A DNA stretch of 56,187 bases from contig JAHBMJ010000123.1 in assembly GCA_018398765.1 (NCBI GenBank), forward strand, positions 1 to 56,187, written 5' to 3'. The notes beneath the pieces are model-generated. The model was not told where the DNA came from, ran no database searches, and was given only the letters and a program-made list of their open reading frames with translations. This DNA comes from Chromera velia. Taxonomy: Eukaryota. Below are positions 38,980 to 52,470 of this stretch, one piece after another. A program made the position numbers and the translations under genes. Numbering within the stretch: the first letter of the stretch is position 1; each line of letters starts with the position of its first letter.

Positions 38980-39680
38980 CTACCTGCCTGACTGCCTCCG
39001 AAATTTTACCCTTTTTACCTGCTTGACTGCCCTCTAGCTTTTGGCCTTTCTGTCTGGCTAAATGCCTTCTCAATTTTAGCCTTTCCGCCCACCCTATTGC
39101 CTTCCTAATTTCGGCCTTCGCCGCGCTCCCAATTTTGGTCTTCCTGCCTGCCCGATTGCCTTCCCAATTTCGGCCTTCTTGCCTGTTTGACGGCCTTCCA
39201 GAGTTTTGCATTCCTGCCATGCTGACTGCTTTCCCATTTCGGCCTTCTTGCCTGCCTGACTGCCCTCCAAATTTCGGTCTTTCTGTCTGCCTCAATGCTT
39301 TCTAAATTTCGGCCTTTCTGTCTGCCTGACTGACTTTGCAATTTCGGCTTTCCTGCCTATCCGGTTGCCTTCCTAATTTCGGCTTTCCTGCCTGCCTGAT
39401 TGCTTTCCCTATTTTGGCCTTCTTTCCTGCCCAAGTTTCCTCCTAACGCTTCCTAATTTTGGTCATTCTGCTTGCCCGATGGCCTTCCCAATTTTGTTCT
39501 TCGTGCTGGCCCAACTGTCTTCCCAAGTTCGGCCTTCTTATATGTCTGACTGCCTCCCAGAGTTCGTTCTTTCTGCCTACATGCCTGCTTTCCAATTTTT
39601 GTCTTCTTGGCGGCCTGATTGCCTTCCCAATTTCGGCCTTCCTGCCCGTCCGATTGCTTTCCCAATTTCAGTCTTCCTGC
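38980..39680 (+). repeat. Degenerate ~39-bp minisatellite (TGCCTTCCCAATTTCGGCCTTC...)
   Basis: Recurrent AATTTYGGYCTT core. Confidence 0.85.
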
Positions 39681-40773
39681 TTTCATATATCATTCTGATA
39701 CAAATTAAAGATACAAGTTGTGTTTACATACATGCTTTTATGTGTATTCTGGCGATTTGACTGACTTTCTGTTTGTGTGCACATATTTCTGCAGGTGGCG
39801 TTCACGGGTGTGTTTGATATATACTGAGATGCCCCCCCCCTCCCCCTGACACGCCCGCCGTTGAGCAGTGCCTCATATGAATTGAAAACAAAAGAGTTAT
39901 GATCATGAGAAGAAATGCTTCAATCAGATCGATTCAGAGCCATTCAGATGCCTTTCTTATTATGTTTTTGTCTTAGCATTAATTTACAATGATAGGTACC
40001 AGATAATTTATAGTTTTGAAAAAATTTACACTCAGAGTCTATATATACATTTTTTTAATTTCATTTTTAAAACATCTTACTAAGCTTAAATAGTCTTAAA
40101 TAAATTATGAAAATCAATTAGTTTAAAGGTTAAACTATCTATTTTAATGTTGTAAAAACTAAATTTTTCAAAGTTACTTTCCAGTACAAAAGTTTCAATT
40201 ATCAGTACAGTCAGTTCGAGATCCGCTGGTCTTCTTTGACGGACCTCCTTCTGTATACCGGGCGACAACCCCTTGATATAGTGAAATATGATCGACTGCA
40301 TGGTGATGTCTTCTATCTGGGACGCGAACTGAAGGAGCGTGGTATTGTAGTCGTGTACTCGCTGCTTGGGTCCGCATTTTATGGCAGCCAGCTCCTCCCT
40401 CAGCCGGTCCTGCGCGTTCGGATCTTTAAACTTCCGACGGATTGCTACTTCGAAGTCGTTCCACCCCGTGAAGGGGGAGTCACTCTCCATGATGAGATTA
40501 AGCCACAGTTTTAAGGACTGGGAAAGGTGCTACTGACGGGCGGTGTCCAGTACTTCGTGTTCAGGGACTTTCGAGAGCTAAATAAATTTCTTCACATCTC
40601 AAATCCAAGCAGGGAGTACCTTTCTGTCCCTACCGAATGTGAAGGGGTCTTTGAGTTTGGCCAATGACTTCGGTGCTGCCTAACCAACATACTGATGCTG
40701 CTGATGCTGCTACTGCTGCTGCTCCTCCAGGGCTTCATTCTTAGCATAAAGGGCCTCATTTTATCTCATTTTA

Positions 40774-40881
<108 letters not shown>

Positions 40882-40932
40882 TCATATGAAGGATGGACAT
40901 AAAGCAGGGCCCCTCCTAAGGTGGAGGAAAGA

Positions 40933-40948
40933 GGCTCTACTGCTACCA
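40933..40948 (-). promoter_or_regulatory. Primer-binding-site-like sequence (tRNA-iMet type)
   Basis: TGGTAGCAGTAGAGCC immediately inside the 5' LTR on the minus strand. Confidence 0.6.
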
Positions 40949-41285
40949 CGTAGGGAAGCCTATAGTCTGAAAATGGCTACAGACTTAGACTTAGAGTAAG
41001 ACCGCTTATTGCTTAAGAACTGTTAGTTCAGGAGTCAAATATTACCAGAGCTATCAGTCAGGATGGAAGAGCAGACAAGACGTGTATGCATATATGTGGA
41101 ATTAATTCTAATATTAATTTCAATACAGACACAACATTTAGGGCGCGCCTATACAACAACATAGACATGTGAACATAACTTAGTGCTTGGCTGGAAAGAG
41201 ACCCTTAGGACAATCTTACTCCTTGACTTAATTCATTTCTGCATGACTGACATGACTAGCCAGGCAATCAACTCCGGCCAGAACA
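40949..41285 (-). repeat. 5' LTR of element 2 (337 bp)
   Basis: Aligns end to end with the split 3' LTR. Confidence 0.9.
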
Positions 41286-41842
41286 AGCAACTCCATTGTA
41301 ATATAAAGAATATGATGTTTGATTATGTTCGAGGTGTCTTCCAGGGACTCTTCCTATCAGAACTTAGTCATCATTTGCGATACATGGTAATGAACAAAAA
41401 GAAGATAAAAAACTGGGAATCGAAGGAGTCTCACCTAATTCGAACTTGATTCGGAGTATGCACATAGTATTGTGGGATCCTAGGATGTCAAGTTATGTCA
41501 GGATCCTTAGAGCTATAGTGTGCATATAACGAGTAAGCTTGTGTCCCCAGCCGGCTCCATACAATTAATACAATCATATACATGCAGTCAGCAATTAGCC
41601 AAGTCTCTGCCTAGGTCTCTGTATGAGAGCTTGTAGGAAAGTATCTGGAAGTAACAACCTTGCATGACAGAACTTCTTATACCCTATGAGCCCTGTACGC
41701 TACTCTAGCCACTGCTGCATACCTGCTATCCTACGGTGTATATACACGATGCACGTCTGATTAACTTGCTAATGTACACACACGGATATATATGTGCCGC
41801 CCAGGAGCTTAGCGCTCGAACTAGGGTTAGCCATCCTCTAAT

Positions 41843-41874
<32 letters not shown>

Positions 41875-42764
41875 ATGTAATTACTTCCAAATGATGATCA
41901 GCGTTTTTGTCATGCAATTCTAAATCGTTCCTTAGTTGGATGGTGATAAGGTGACGACACTTATACATACATGTGCCACTGCATGGGGGGGATGATGATT
42001 GAGGGTTTTGTTATGCATGTCACGTCCCCATATTAAGGGAATATGGGATTTTTATCTGAATAAAAATCTACTGGCTCAGACTGACCCAGCGGTCAGACCG
42101 AGGTTCACCGTTTCCCCACGGATCGCGCTTAGAGTGGTCTTATTCTGTTTTTGACACGTCATTAAGCCTTACGGTGACGTTTGTTTGGATGGCGGACACC
42201 TCCGGAGAGCTATAGACGTCTTTCACGCTTTTTTGGCTTTTTTTTCTTCCTCCAGCCTGCTCTGAGGTTAGCCGGGCTCTGCTAAGGGACGGACATGAGG
42301 AACAACCGTTAGCATTGTCTCATCAAAAGGGGTGTCCACTACCTGCATGCACCTTTTGACCTTCTTTTGACTCTCTTCCGGGGAGTCGGACTCAAAAAAG
42401 CCCTTCGTCAAGCAACAGTAGACGAGACGGCGTTACTGAGATTGACGGTCTTGACGGTCTTGCAGCTGAATCGGCTCAAGAGTGCCCTGCTTTTCTCTTC
42501 ACTCCTTCACACGCTTACACTTCTGTATCTGCCTGCAGAGTTTGGCACTGCGCCCCCCTCCTTCCTATCTCCGACTGGTCAGTCCTTCCTTCAATGGGCC
42601 TGGCTGACCCATAAAGTCTGGGCAGGGGTCCCCATCTCTTTTTTTCTTTATCGAAGCTTCATTTTCTGCTCTGTGCTTGCCTGTGTGTAGACTTTGGGTG
42701 CTGGTTGTGCCCCCGTTCCGGACCATGCCCCCCCCTTCCTGTCTCCAACTTGTTAGTCCTAGCT

Positions 42765-44300
42765 TCCTGCATGAATGCTTGCACCTCACTGCCTCTCCTC
42801 TTTGCCTCCATCTGTCTGCATGAATGCTTGCACCTCACTGCCTTGCTTGCTTGCCTTGCTTGCGGCTTCTTTGCTTGCTTGCCTTGCGTGCTCGCTTATG
42901 TCCTGCCTTGCTTGCTTGCCTTACTTGCGTACTGCCTTGCTTGCTTGCCTTGCATACTTGCTTGCGTCCTGCCTTGCTTGTTTGCCTTGCTTCCGTACTG
43001 CCTTGTTTGCTTGCCTTGCGTGCTTGCTTGCATCCTGCCTTGCTTGCTTGCTTGTTTGCTTCCTTTTTTCCTGTTCTTCGCCATCTGCCTTCTTGTCTTG
43101 CTTCCTTCTTTTTTTTCTGTTCCTTGCCATCTGCTTTCTTGTCTTGCTTCCTTCCTTTTTTTCTGTTCCTCGCCATCTGCTTTCTTGTCTTGCTTCCTTT
43201 TTTTCCTTACCATCTGCCTTCTTGTCTTGCTTCATTTCTTTCTGTTCCTCACCATCTGCTTTCTTGTCTTGCTTTCTTTCTTTCTGTTCCTCGCCATCTT
43301 CCTTCTTATCTTTTTTCCTTTTTTTTCTGTTCCTCGCCATCTGCTTTCTTGTCTTGCTTCCTTCCTTTTTTTCTGTTCCTCGCCATCTGCTTTCTTGTCT
43401 TGCTTCCTTTTTTTCTTTGCCATCTGCCTTCTTGTCTTGCTTCATTTCTTTCTGTTCCTCACCATCTGCTTTCTTGTCTTGCTTTCTTTCTTTCTGTTCC
43501 TCGCCATCTTCCTTCTTTTCTTTTTTCCTTTTTTTTCTGTTCCTCGCCATCTGCTTTCTTGTCTCCATCTGCTTTCTTGTCTTGCTTCCTTTCTTTTTGT
43601 TCCTTGCCATCTTCCTTCTTGTCTTTTTTCCTTTCTTTCTGTTCCTTGCCATCTGCTTTCTTGTTTTGCTTCCTTTCTTTTTGTTCCTCGCTATCTATCT
43701 TCTTGTCTTGCTTCATTTCTTTCTGTTTCTCGCCATCTGCCTTCTTGTCTTGCTTCATTTCTTTCTTTCTTTCTTTCTTTCTTTCTTTTCTTTCTTTTCT
43801 TTCTTTTCTTTCTTTTCTTTCTTTCTTTCTTTCTTTCTTTTTTTCTTTCTTTCTTTCTTTCTTTTCTTTCTTTCTTTCTTTCTTTCTTTCTGTTCCTCGC
43901 CATCTGCCTTCTTGTCTTGCTTCCTTTCTTTTTTTTTGTTCCTCACCATCTGCCTTCTTGTCTTGTTTCCTTCCTTCCTTTCTTCCTTCCTTCTTTCCTT
44001 TCTTTCTTTCTTTCTTTCTTTCTGTTCCTTGCCATCTGTCTTCTTGTCTTGCGTATTTCCTTTTTTTCTATTTTTCGCCATCTGCTTTCTTGTCTTGCTT
44101 CCTTTCTTTCTTTCTGTTCCTTGCCATCTGCTTTCTTGTCTTTTTTCCTTTCTTTCTGTTCCTTGCCATCTGCTTTCTTGTTTTGCTTCCTTTCTTTTTG
44201 TTACTCGCCAGCTATCTTCTTGTTTTGCTTCATTTCTTTCTGTTTCTCGCCATCTGCCTTCTTGTCTTGCTTCCTTTCTTTCTTTCTTTCTGTTCCTCAT
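42765..44300 (+). repeat. Compound minisatellite (CTTG-rich, then CCATCTGCTTTCTTGTCTTGCTTC units)
   Basis: Dozens of degenerate units with T-rich spacers; explains the long low-complexity ORFs here. Confidence 0.9.
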
Positions 44301-44303
44301 CAC

Positions 44304-44564
44304 ATGGAAGAACGACCTGCAGGTATGGCTGATGTATCTTTGACTGCTTCAGTTTTAAGAGTTGCGCCAAAAGCGCAAATGGGGCAGCAAAATAACATTG
44401 TACAGAGATCTTATCTCGGATCAAGTTACACATATCATCCGCTCGTCCGAGCAGGGAAATTTGCAGTGTCCACACTCTGCGAATCGAAATCCTTTGAGCT
44501 TGTTCACCCTCTGTGGCTGTGCCCTTTTCCTTCTCCTCCAACTCTTCGTTCAACTGCACACACA

Positions 44565-44608
<44 letters not shown>

Positions 44609-44621
44609 AAGAGAGGGAGAA

Positions 44622-44654
<33 letters not shown>

Positions 44655-44747
44655 GATAGACCATTGTATAATTTCTTTCTCTCCGTTTCTTTATGTATGA
44701 ACACAACACAGAAAAAGAAGTAAAGCAACAAAGATAAAGGAATATCA

Positions 44748-44782
<35 letters not shown>

Positions 44783-45477
44783 GACAGGGGCAGACATAGA
44801 TATAGGTGCCGGATAGAGAGGAAGAGGAATGACTCTTGAGTGCATGTGTGTTTGAGTCCGTTTGCATCATCACCCCTCCATAATGTGATGAACACTGCTT
44901 CATCGGGAGACGGAAAAGCTGCCAGAAACAACAAGCCACAAAAGAGACTCACTTGCAGGCAGGCAAGCACTTTCTCAAACTCAAAGGCCCGAGTCTCTTT
45001 GGACTCTGCCCCCTCGTCTCTATCCTGGAAATCCTTCACCTTCTTGATGAGGTTGCAAATGACATCAGAAAACGCGGGAGAGTCTGACACAGTACCCGTG
45101 CGGGGGTCTTTCTTATAATCTTCGCTCCCGTACCCCAGACACAGACCGATAACCCGGCTGTATGCCTCCAGAGTATCCGCGTATTTATGAATAGGCCTAT
45201 GCTCGGGATTTTTCAGGTCAAAAGTTGGTCTGTCAAAGGCCAGCTTCGTTAAAAAACAACAAATGTTATTCGGACATATGCACTTGTAGAGCTCCTGGGG
45301 AGGCTTTGTGAAGATCTCGTCGGTGACCTTGAAGCTTTTGAACAGAAAGTCGTTCTCCAGCTCACCTCTGTCTATGACAAAAAATTTTAAAAAGGCCTTG
45401 TGTCTGTTTTTTGCATCTTTCATCAGGCCCGTTCCCAACATGCCTGCGCTTTCACCACCTATCGCTGTCTCTGCCAT
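44304..45477 (-). mobile_element. Spliced tyrosine recombinase fragment, Crypton-like (exons 45477-44953, 44553-~44304)
   Basis: In-phase GT-AG intron; protein has DP.....S......I helix region then LQISLLGRADDMCNL (box I Arg) and KQSK; no HxxR or catalytic Tyr box found downstream. Confidence 0.55.
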
Positions 45478-46739
45478 TTTTTGAAAGGACCGGCAAAGAC
45501 AGAGAGGCACTGACAGTGTGAAGAGACTGCCAAACCGACAAAGGCAGAGAGGCACTGTGAAGAGACTGCCAAAGACAGAGAGGCACTGTGAAGAGACTGC
45601 CAGTGCATGCATGGAACGTAAGAGTCTTCACACGAACGTCGAGGCGTACGCCGTTCTGGTAGTGCTGCTGTTATCATGGGGTGACGCCTCGATTGGTCTT
45701 TTCTGCCAGCTGTGTTTCTATTGGTTGTCCAGCCAGCCAGCCATGCAAAGAGACATGCATGCATGCATGCCGTCTACATGCGTGTACATGCATGCAGAAT
45801 TTTATCTGTTTAAAAATCTGATGCCTCCCTATGGACGTTTGGGTGGCGCTTGCCTGTAAGGGCTCAATATGGAGGTGCCCGCCGCCAGACCCGCCACCGC
45901 ATCTTATTGAGATACGCGGGGCGGGCGTGCCGCATGGATTTATGGAATAGTGATCGCATGTTGATTGGAGTATGATTGAATACGAATCAAACAGACTGAT
46001 TGATAAGAAGGAAGACATTCTCCTCCTTATCAGTCCTCTCCGTATGAATGATTTGCATCGTCCTATAGTAAGTTCTCTTCTACGCTAGAGCCTAGTACCT
46101 TTCATTACCAATATGTTGAGGTTTCAGGCCTTATATAGGTTTTTCGCAAGGTCATTTTCTTTAGTATGCAGTTTTTGTTGATTGAGGGTTTTTTCATGTA
46201 TGCCGCGTCCCTATATATGAGAAGCGGATCTAACCTAGTATGACTTTCGCGCGTCCCTATGGGCGCGTCAGATTTCAAAAATCTGAATGGCGTCAGATTT
46301 CCCATATATGCACGGGGGGGAGGATTTCTTCTTCACTTCCGAGCGCAAAGCGCGCGCACTCACTTGTTAATATCATGATCAATTTTCATGCCCGCAATTC
46401 TGTATCGATTGACACGTACATGCATAAGTCGATATATACGTATACTATTACCCAGGCATGCATTCTTGCGTATATATATATGTGCCTCATTGATTCAGCT
46501 TTCCGTGGAAGCTATATAGGAACAAGAGCATACATGGAGACTCACATAGTTACTTTCTCGATCCCCGAAGAAAGAAGCCCTTTCAACTGCAAGGACCGTC
46601 ATGCGGGTTACCGCTACCTGATCTTCTGAACTACAGCAGCAACCATCCACGGGATTTTGTACCGCCACATCCATACTCTCTCTCTCTCTGGCTGAGTGGA
46701 TAGGGAGCACGTCACGCTCATTTGTGCGCTGCCGTCATC

Positions 46740-48905
46740 ATGAGAACACAATGTGTCTTCCTCAGTATCCTGCTCTGTGCTGGTGAGTCACATTGTCGCT
46801 TACTTGTACACAGACAAGCAGTCCCATATGTTTCTTATCTTATCCTCCCTTCCTCCCTCTGTGCCGACTTGCAGGACTGACCGAGGTCATTCTCGCCCCT
46901 CGCCTACGAGCATGCCGAGCGTCCACCTCTATCTTCGCGTTGTGCTATTCTGATACCCTTTCTGTGCGTGTCTGTGTTGTCTCGACCTGCAGGGGACAAC
47001 CATGACGGAGGCGAATCCGATGATTCCCGGAGACTCTCCTGACAGCATTCTGCAGAACCCAAACAAATACGGACCCGACCTTCAGGTCTATCCGCACACA
47101 CCGATCTAACGCGTTGATCACAGAGATTCCTGCTCGTTCGTGAAATTCACCGGGCGCATGCACCTTGCTTTCTCTTTTCTTTCCTGCAGGCAATGGACCT
47201 TGCCAACAAGTTCAACGACAACTATGGGAGGTTCAAGGTTGCCCTGCAGGAGCTGGAGAACGCCAGGAATGCAGTCAGTCCACATCTTTGTCAGTGCAGA
47301 AAGCTGAGGAAGTGCTTGGAGAGAGGCATCGACAGCTAGATAGAATTGGGCGAACCGTACCAAGAATCATCCAGCCGGCCGAGAACAAGGGCATGCATAT
47401 GTCGACCACATGAAACCAGTCACAAAGTCAGGAAAGAAAAGCTACAAACAGGAATAGGCAGATGAAAGGCAAAAGGCAGGCAGTAAGGAGGTAGACAAGC
47501 AGCCGACCTAAATAGAAAGCTGGAAAGACAAACAGGCAGGAACACAGATGGGACTGCAGAGGCAGAAGAAAGGGAGCAAGACGGCAAGCGGCAAAGTTGC
47601 ATGGTACATAAGAGAGCGGCTCTCAAGCCAGCCAGCGAGCGAGCAGGCAAGCAAGCAGGGAGGGAGCAGGACTGCAGGCAGGCAGGTCGGGTTGCGCTCG
47701 GGCAGCCTGATTGGCAGGCAGCTCATCAGAGGGGAGAACGGTGAGAGAAAAGGAACGTAGTTGGAAGACAAGGGAGGAAAGAGCTAGAAACTTAGAAGCA
47801 GAGCAGGGGCGAGAGCAGAAAAGAGCGACAGATTGTGGACAAAAAAAGGCGCCTAGATCAGCGTGTGCGTGCAGTGAAGACATAAAGATTCTTCTCGGAA
47901 AGGAAAGAGGTCTGTCTGAGCACACTGAAATGAGAGGCAAAGCAGTGCACCGATAGACCCAGAAGTTTATTTACATGGGCTTCAGATTGCTACTCGAATC
48001 ATACACTCTGTATTCCCCCCCTTCTGCTCCTCTATTCTGTGTTTGCAGCTCAAAGCGGTCAGTCGGCAATCCGAAACAACTGTCAAATAAACTTTGGTGC
48101 TTTCTTCTTACGAAGAAACAGTCAGGTCAGAAAAAGCTCACCAAAGCTCATCTGGTGTGTATCTGTGTATACGATTGTGTTCTGTGTTAAAATTCATTCA
48201 TTCAGATCTCGAACACCTGGCCAAGAACAGTCGACTACGTTCTGCTTCCAACCAACCCCTCTTCGAAAAACCTGGACTTGACCGTGAACCAGATTCAGGA
48301 GAGGCAGCAATGGGGGTTGAGGCAGATCAACGATATGTACAACGCGGTCGAGATGGTCAAGAGAGAGCGGTTGCCCCTGGCTCCCCGGTCCATCGAATTC
48401 ATGACAGTCAGTCGCTGCGTGCGTCACTGGGCAATGGGAAGCAGATCGATGAAGGGAGGCTGCCTGGTTGGAAAGCTTGAAGGTGGAGGGATGTATGTAT
48501 ATGTCTCTTCCTTCGCACCCTCTTCCTTCTGCCGACTCTCGCCTTTGTTAGTGGGAACCCCTTTGTTTTTTTTTTCGTCTTGTCCATTTCTTTGCTATCG
48601 GTTCTGTATCTGTGTCTTGCTTTACACATCAACTCGTGTGGGTGTCTCTGCGCTTGTCTGTATGCCTTCTTTTTCTCTGTATGGCCGTTTGTGGCTATTG
48701 TGGGTGTCTTTGGGTTTGCTTGCGCCTCTACCTTTATGTGGCTTTCCTCTCACTGACTTGCCTTTGCCTGTGTGCTCTGTCTATCTACCCATCTATCTGC
48801 CTGTCTGTCTGTCTGTCTGTCAGTCTGTCTGCTTGTCTGTCTCGAAACAACATGTAGTCTTTCTGTCTAAGAAAAAAAAGAAACATACAGTCTGTCTGTA
48901 CTTTC

Positions 48906-48940
<35 letters not shown>

Positions 48941-49108
48941 GAAAGAAAAAAAGAAAGAAAGAAAGAAAGAAAAGAAAGAAAGAGAGAAAGAAAGAAAGAA
49001 AAGAAAGAAAGAAAGAAAGAAAGAAAGAAAAGAAAGAAAGAGAGGGAAAGAGAGGGAAAGAGAGGGAGCTCTCCATGAACACAACAGACAAAAAGAAAGA
49101 AAGAAGCA

Positions 49109-49140
<32 letters not shown>

Positions 49141-50475
49141 AAAAAAAAGAGAGAGAAAAAAAAGGACAGAGAGATCGAAAAAGCATGTCGAACAGTGATT
49201 CAAGAGAAGGAAAGGAAAAGAAAGGGAAGGAAAGGGGAAAATGCTAAGAACATGTAGTCTATCCAAGGTCTGTACCTATGCACGTCTGCATACGGCAACG
49301 AACTTACTGCAGGAGTGGGTGAAGTTCTGGAAGGTTTCGGGAAAGACCTCATCAGAAGAGCCCGGAGAACCCGACTGGAAGTGGATGGTGCCCCACATTG
49401 CTCCCACGCTTCTGCACAACAAGGTTCACGACCCCAACTTCGGCAGAGAAGTGTACGTTCCGCAGTCAGACTTTCTTTTCTTAATTTTTCTGTTTGTTTA
49501 CAAAAGTCGGAGGGCTCCTGCCCTTCGCAGCCAGGCTTAATACATGAATCTTGATGGGACTGTCTTCTTTCCAGTTCCACTGATGTCCAACTCAACATGT
49601 CGATCGCACAACAATTAAACAAAAATGCCTGTTTTCCCCAGTGGTTACCGTCCCGTGTGTGCGCTAGGCCTTTCCCTTCCCTTTTCTTGTTCACTTCTTA
49701 CTTTGGAAAAGCGCATACATTCATCTATCATCACTTTGACGCTTCACCGGGAGACGTACTGCATTCAGAAAGAATTCCAGATCCTCCCATGCAGTATATC
49801 TCCTTTTTGTGGTTGATTCCTCTCGTCGGAATGTGTTCGGTGGGAGTGACTTTTTAGACAGACTAGACCTGCTTGCACCCAGGTGGTCATGCCTTGCCTT
49901 GGCTGCCATCTTTAGAGCCGTGTCTGTCCAAGTATTAAATTTCCTGTCCTGTTCTGCCTTTGTCGGTCTCTTGCCCGCTTTTCTCCTTCGCCTGGCGCTC
50001 TCCTTTTCTGCCTTACTTCTTTGCTTGTTTCCTTGCATCGACTTCCTTGCTTCCTGTCTTCCCTCCTTCCTTCCTTCCTTCCTTCCTTCCTTTCTTCTTT
50101 CCTTTCCGCTTGTTTTCCCAAAAAGGCATTTCTTTCATGGCATACGCACGCTTTCGATACGCCCTTTAGCGCTGCCAATCTTATTGGTCGTCTTGTACTC
50201 AGCCGTTCCCTTCCATTCGTGTGTATGTGCTTTCGATAGAGGACGTTGCGTGGGGACTTTCCACACAAAGTGCATGGATTGTTGAGATTCCTTGTGGCGT
50301 TACCGGCATCTCTCTCTTCCAAAGAAAAGCCTATTGCGTGCGCCAGTTGTGTTATCGGTCTCTCTTCAAAAGAAAAGTCTATTTCGTGCGTCAGTTGCGT
50401 TGCCGGTCTCTCTTCAAAAGAAAAGTCTACTTTTCCCCTCGTCGCTCTGCATCCCATTGGGTTGATTAACGAACC

Positions 50476-50512
<37 letters not shown>

Positions 50513-50653
50513 CTTCCTGATGACTTAATTCCTTCCTGCAGCGATGCACTCCACTCCGCACTTCACGACGTACCCAACGGAGGATTCCGAGAGGACGCCC
50601 ACAAATCAACAGACGAAAATGAGGAAACGGATCGAGAAACTCCAGACGAATGA
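46740..50653 (+). CDS. Hypothetical secreted protein, 7 exons, ~227 aa
   Basis: In-phase exons 46740-46782, 46875-46885, 46993-47085, 47190-47273, 48206-48406, 49313-49452, 50542-50653: MRTQCVFLSILLCAGLTEGTTMTEANP...MDLANKFNDNYGRFKVALQELENARNAISNTWPRT...EWVKFWK... Confidence 0.7.
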
Positions 50654-52359
50654 TTCATGGATCCATAGAGGAAACGGAAGGGAATGGGGCCGCGACTAAG
50701 CGACAGAGGCCCCAGAACCTCTCTGTGGTAATGCGCTGCGAGTTGACACTTCAAAGAGAAGAGCGCCAAGAGAAAAAATGTTTCTTAATGCGAATTGTGT
50801 GCCAACGCCAACGACGCCAAGACAGAAAAACATCAAAAAAGCACACTATGATCGGACTCATCTCTACTCATTGACAAGTATGTCTCACACACAAACAGAG
50901 TGCGGTGAAGTCTACAAGAAAGAACGCCTGCTATCTAACTGTCCATTTCCATGAAGAGCGCGACTAACAGATCAATGCGGCAGTATTTCTTCAATAAGTT
51001 GACAAATCTTGTAGCGTCATTGATGCTCAAATCTCAAGTCGACTGACGGCAAAATGCAGGATGAATTCCAATCTACCAAAAGCGCAAACGATCGATCTAT
51101 GAACACAACAGCCCAGGTATCCACAGGTGCAGACATGTTATGAGGATGCATGATTGCCTAGACTGTACTACTATTGCAGTTTACGAAACTTTGAATTTTA
51201 CGACCGTTTAATATCTATAGTACACGGATAAGTCAAATTAATGACTCGAATCTTGATTGATGATGATGATGTATAGGGTTAAAGCCGGTGAGCCGTATAG
51301 ACTCTGGCCAACCTAGAGCGTCATACTGTGACTCATACATAGAGTTAAACTTTCAACTTAGGCCCCACTGGGGTAAATTGAATCGATGGGAGCCTGACAG
51401 GGGTAGGGCTCCACCTCTAAGCAAACAGGCTTTTGCTTTATCTGGTAGTTCTCTTACAGGCTGAGTTACAATACGCTCTCTATCCCACCCTTAAGACAAT
51501 CAAGGACTGCCTGCATTTCGCCCGTAAGAGGGTCCCTATGACCGATCAAAGCGCCAGAACAGCACTGGCACACCTGAGCGGAGGGGGAAACGAGAAGGAA
51601 AGGGAAAAAACAAATACCTTAGGGGGAACAGAAAGGACAGAGACGGACTCCTCTGTTTCTATGTCCTTTTTTCCCCTAAGGGTCACGGGCCAGTGAGATT
51701 CTTTCTATCATTTCGTGTCAGTTAGAGGTCTGTCAGATGACCTCTAAAGAAAATCACCCGAGGCGGAATGGGAGGAGACAGAGAGAGAAAAAGATCAGAA
51801 CTCCCAATCTCCTTTGATCCCCTATCTTTTCTGCCGAAGATGTACGAGCAAAGGTTTCTCTCTCCATTTAGTTCCTGCAGTTCGATCAGTTCAGTCAGTT
51901 CAGTCGGTTTGGTCGGTTCATCCCTGAGGCACGACTTGTTTTCCAGGGGAGTGAAATTGCAAGTAGTAAGCATGATAAAGAAATTTAAAAAGGAGAGATA
52001 AAGGGAGAAGAATGGAGACGCCACACGTAGCATACATCCCGCTCGCAGACCCGCTTGTGAACCGCACGAGCACGAGCGCCCCGCGCGCTCCCTTGTACCT
52101 GTGCAGGCTCGAGCCCGTCACCTCCCACCGCCTCCCACACTCACGCGAGGGGTGCCATCCGAGCCCCACAGCCTGGGCCTCATGGGGTCGTCTGTCTTGC
52201 ATTTCCCCCCCATATGCTTTTCGCTCACCCCCCGATTGATTCCGTTCCGCCCTTGTTTGTTCCTCAATGAATCAATCAATCAATTGGATGAAACATACTC
52301 GGACAGACATAATGAAATACTCCCTTTAAAAACAAATACGGTCGTTAAGAATGAACAAG

Positions 52360-52435
52360 TGAGGGGAAAGGAAGAAAGAAAGAAAGAAAGAGAGAAAGAA
52401 AGAAAGAAAGGAAGAAAAGAAGAAAGAAAGAAAAA

Positions 52436-52470
<35 letters not shown>

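Larger units (their letters stand above)
36965..40217. mobile_element. 3.25-kb TIR element inserted in gag of element 2 (47-bp TIR, 2-bp TSD GA)
   Basis: GAACTGACTRTACTGAYAATTGAAACTTTTRTACTRGAAAGTRACTT inverted at both ends; removing it restores RRPADL-ATAMEIA. Confidence 0.88.

Noticed and set aside
41297..41875. Solo LTR (TGTAAT...AACA with a (TAAC)n run)
   Set aside because: No TSD and no second copy in the window.
42705..44723. 500-670 aa ORFs in three frames
   Set aside because: By-products of A-poor minisatellite DNA; low-complexity L/F/S/C translations.
50310..50432. Short tandem repeat in an intron (also 45500-45602)
   Set aside because: Ordinary local duplication with no further structure.
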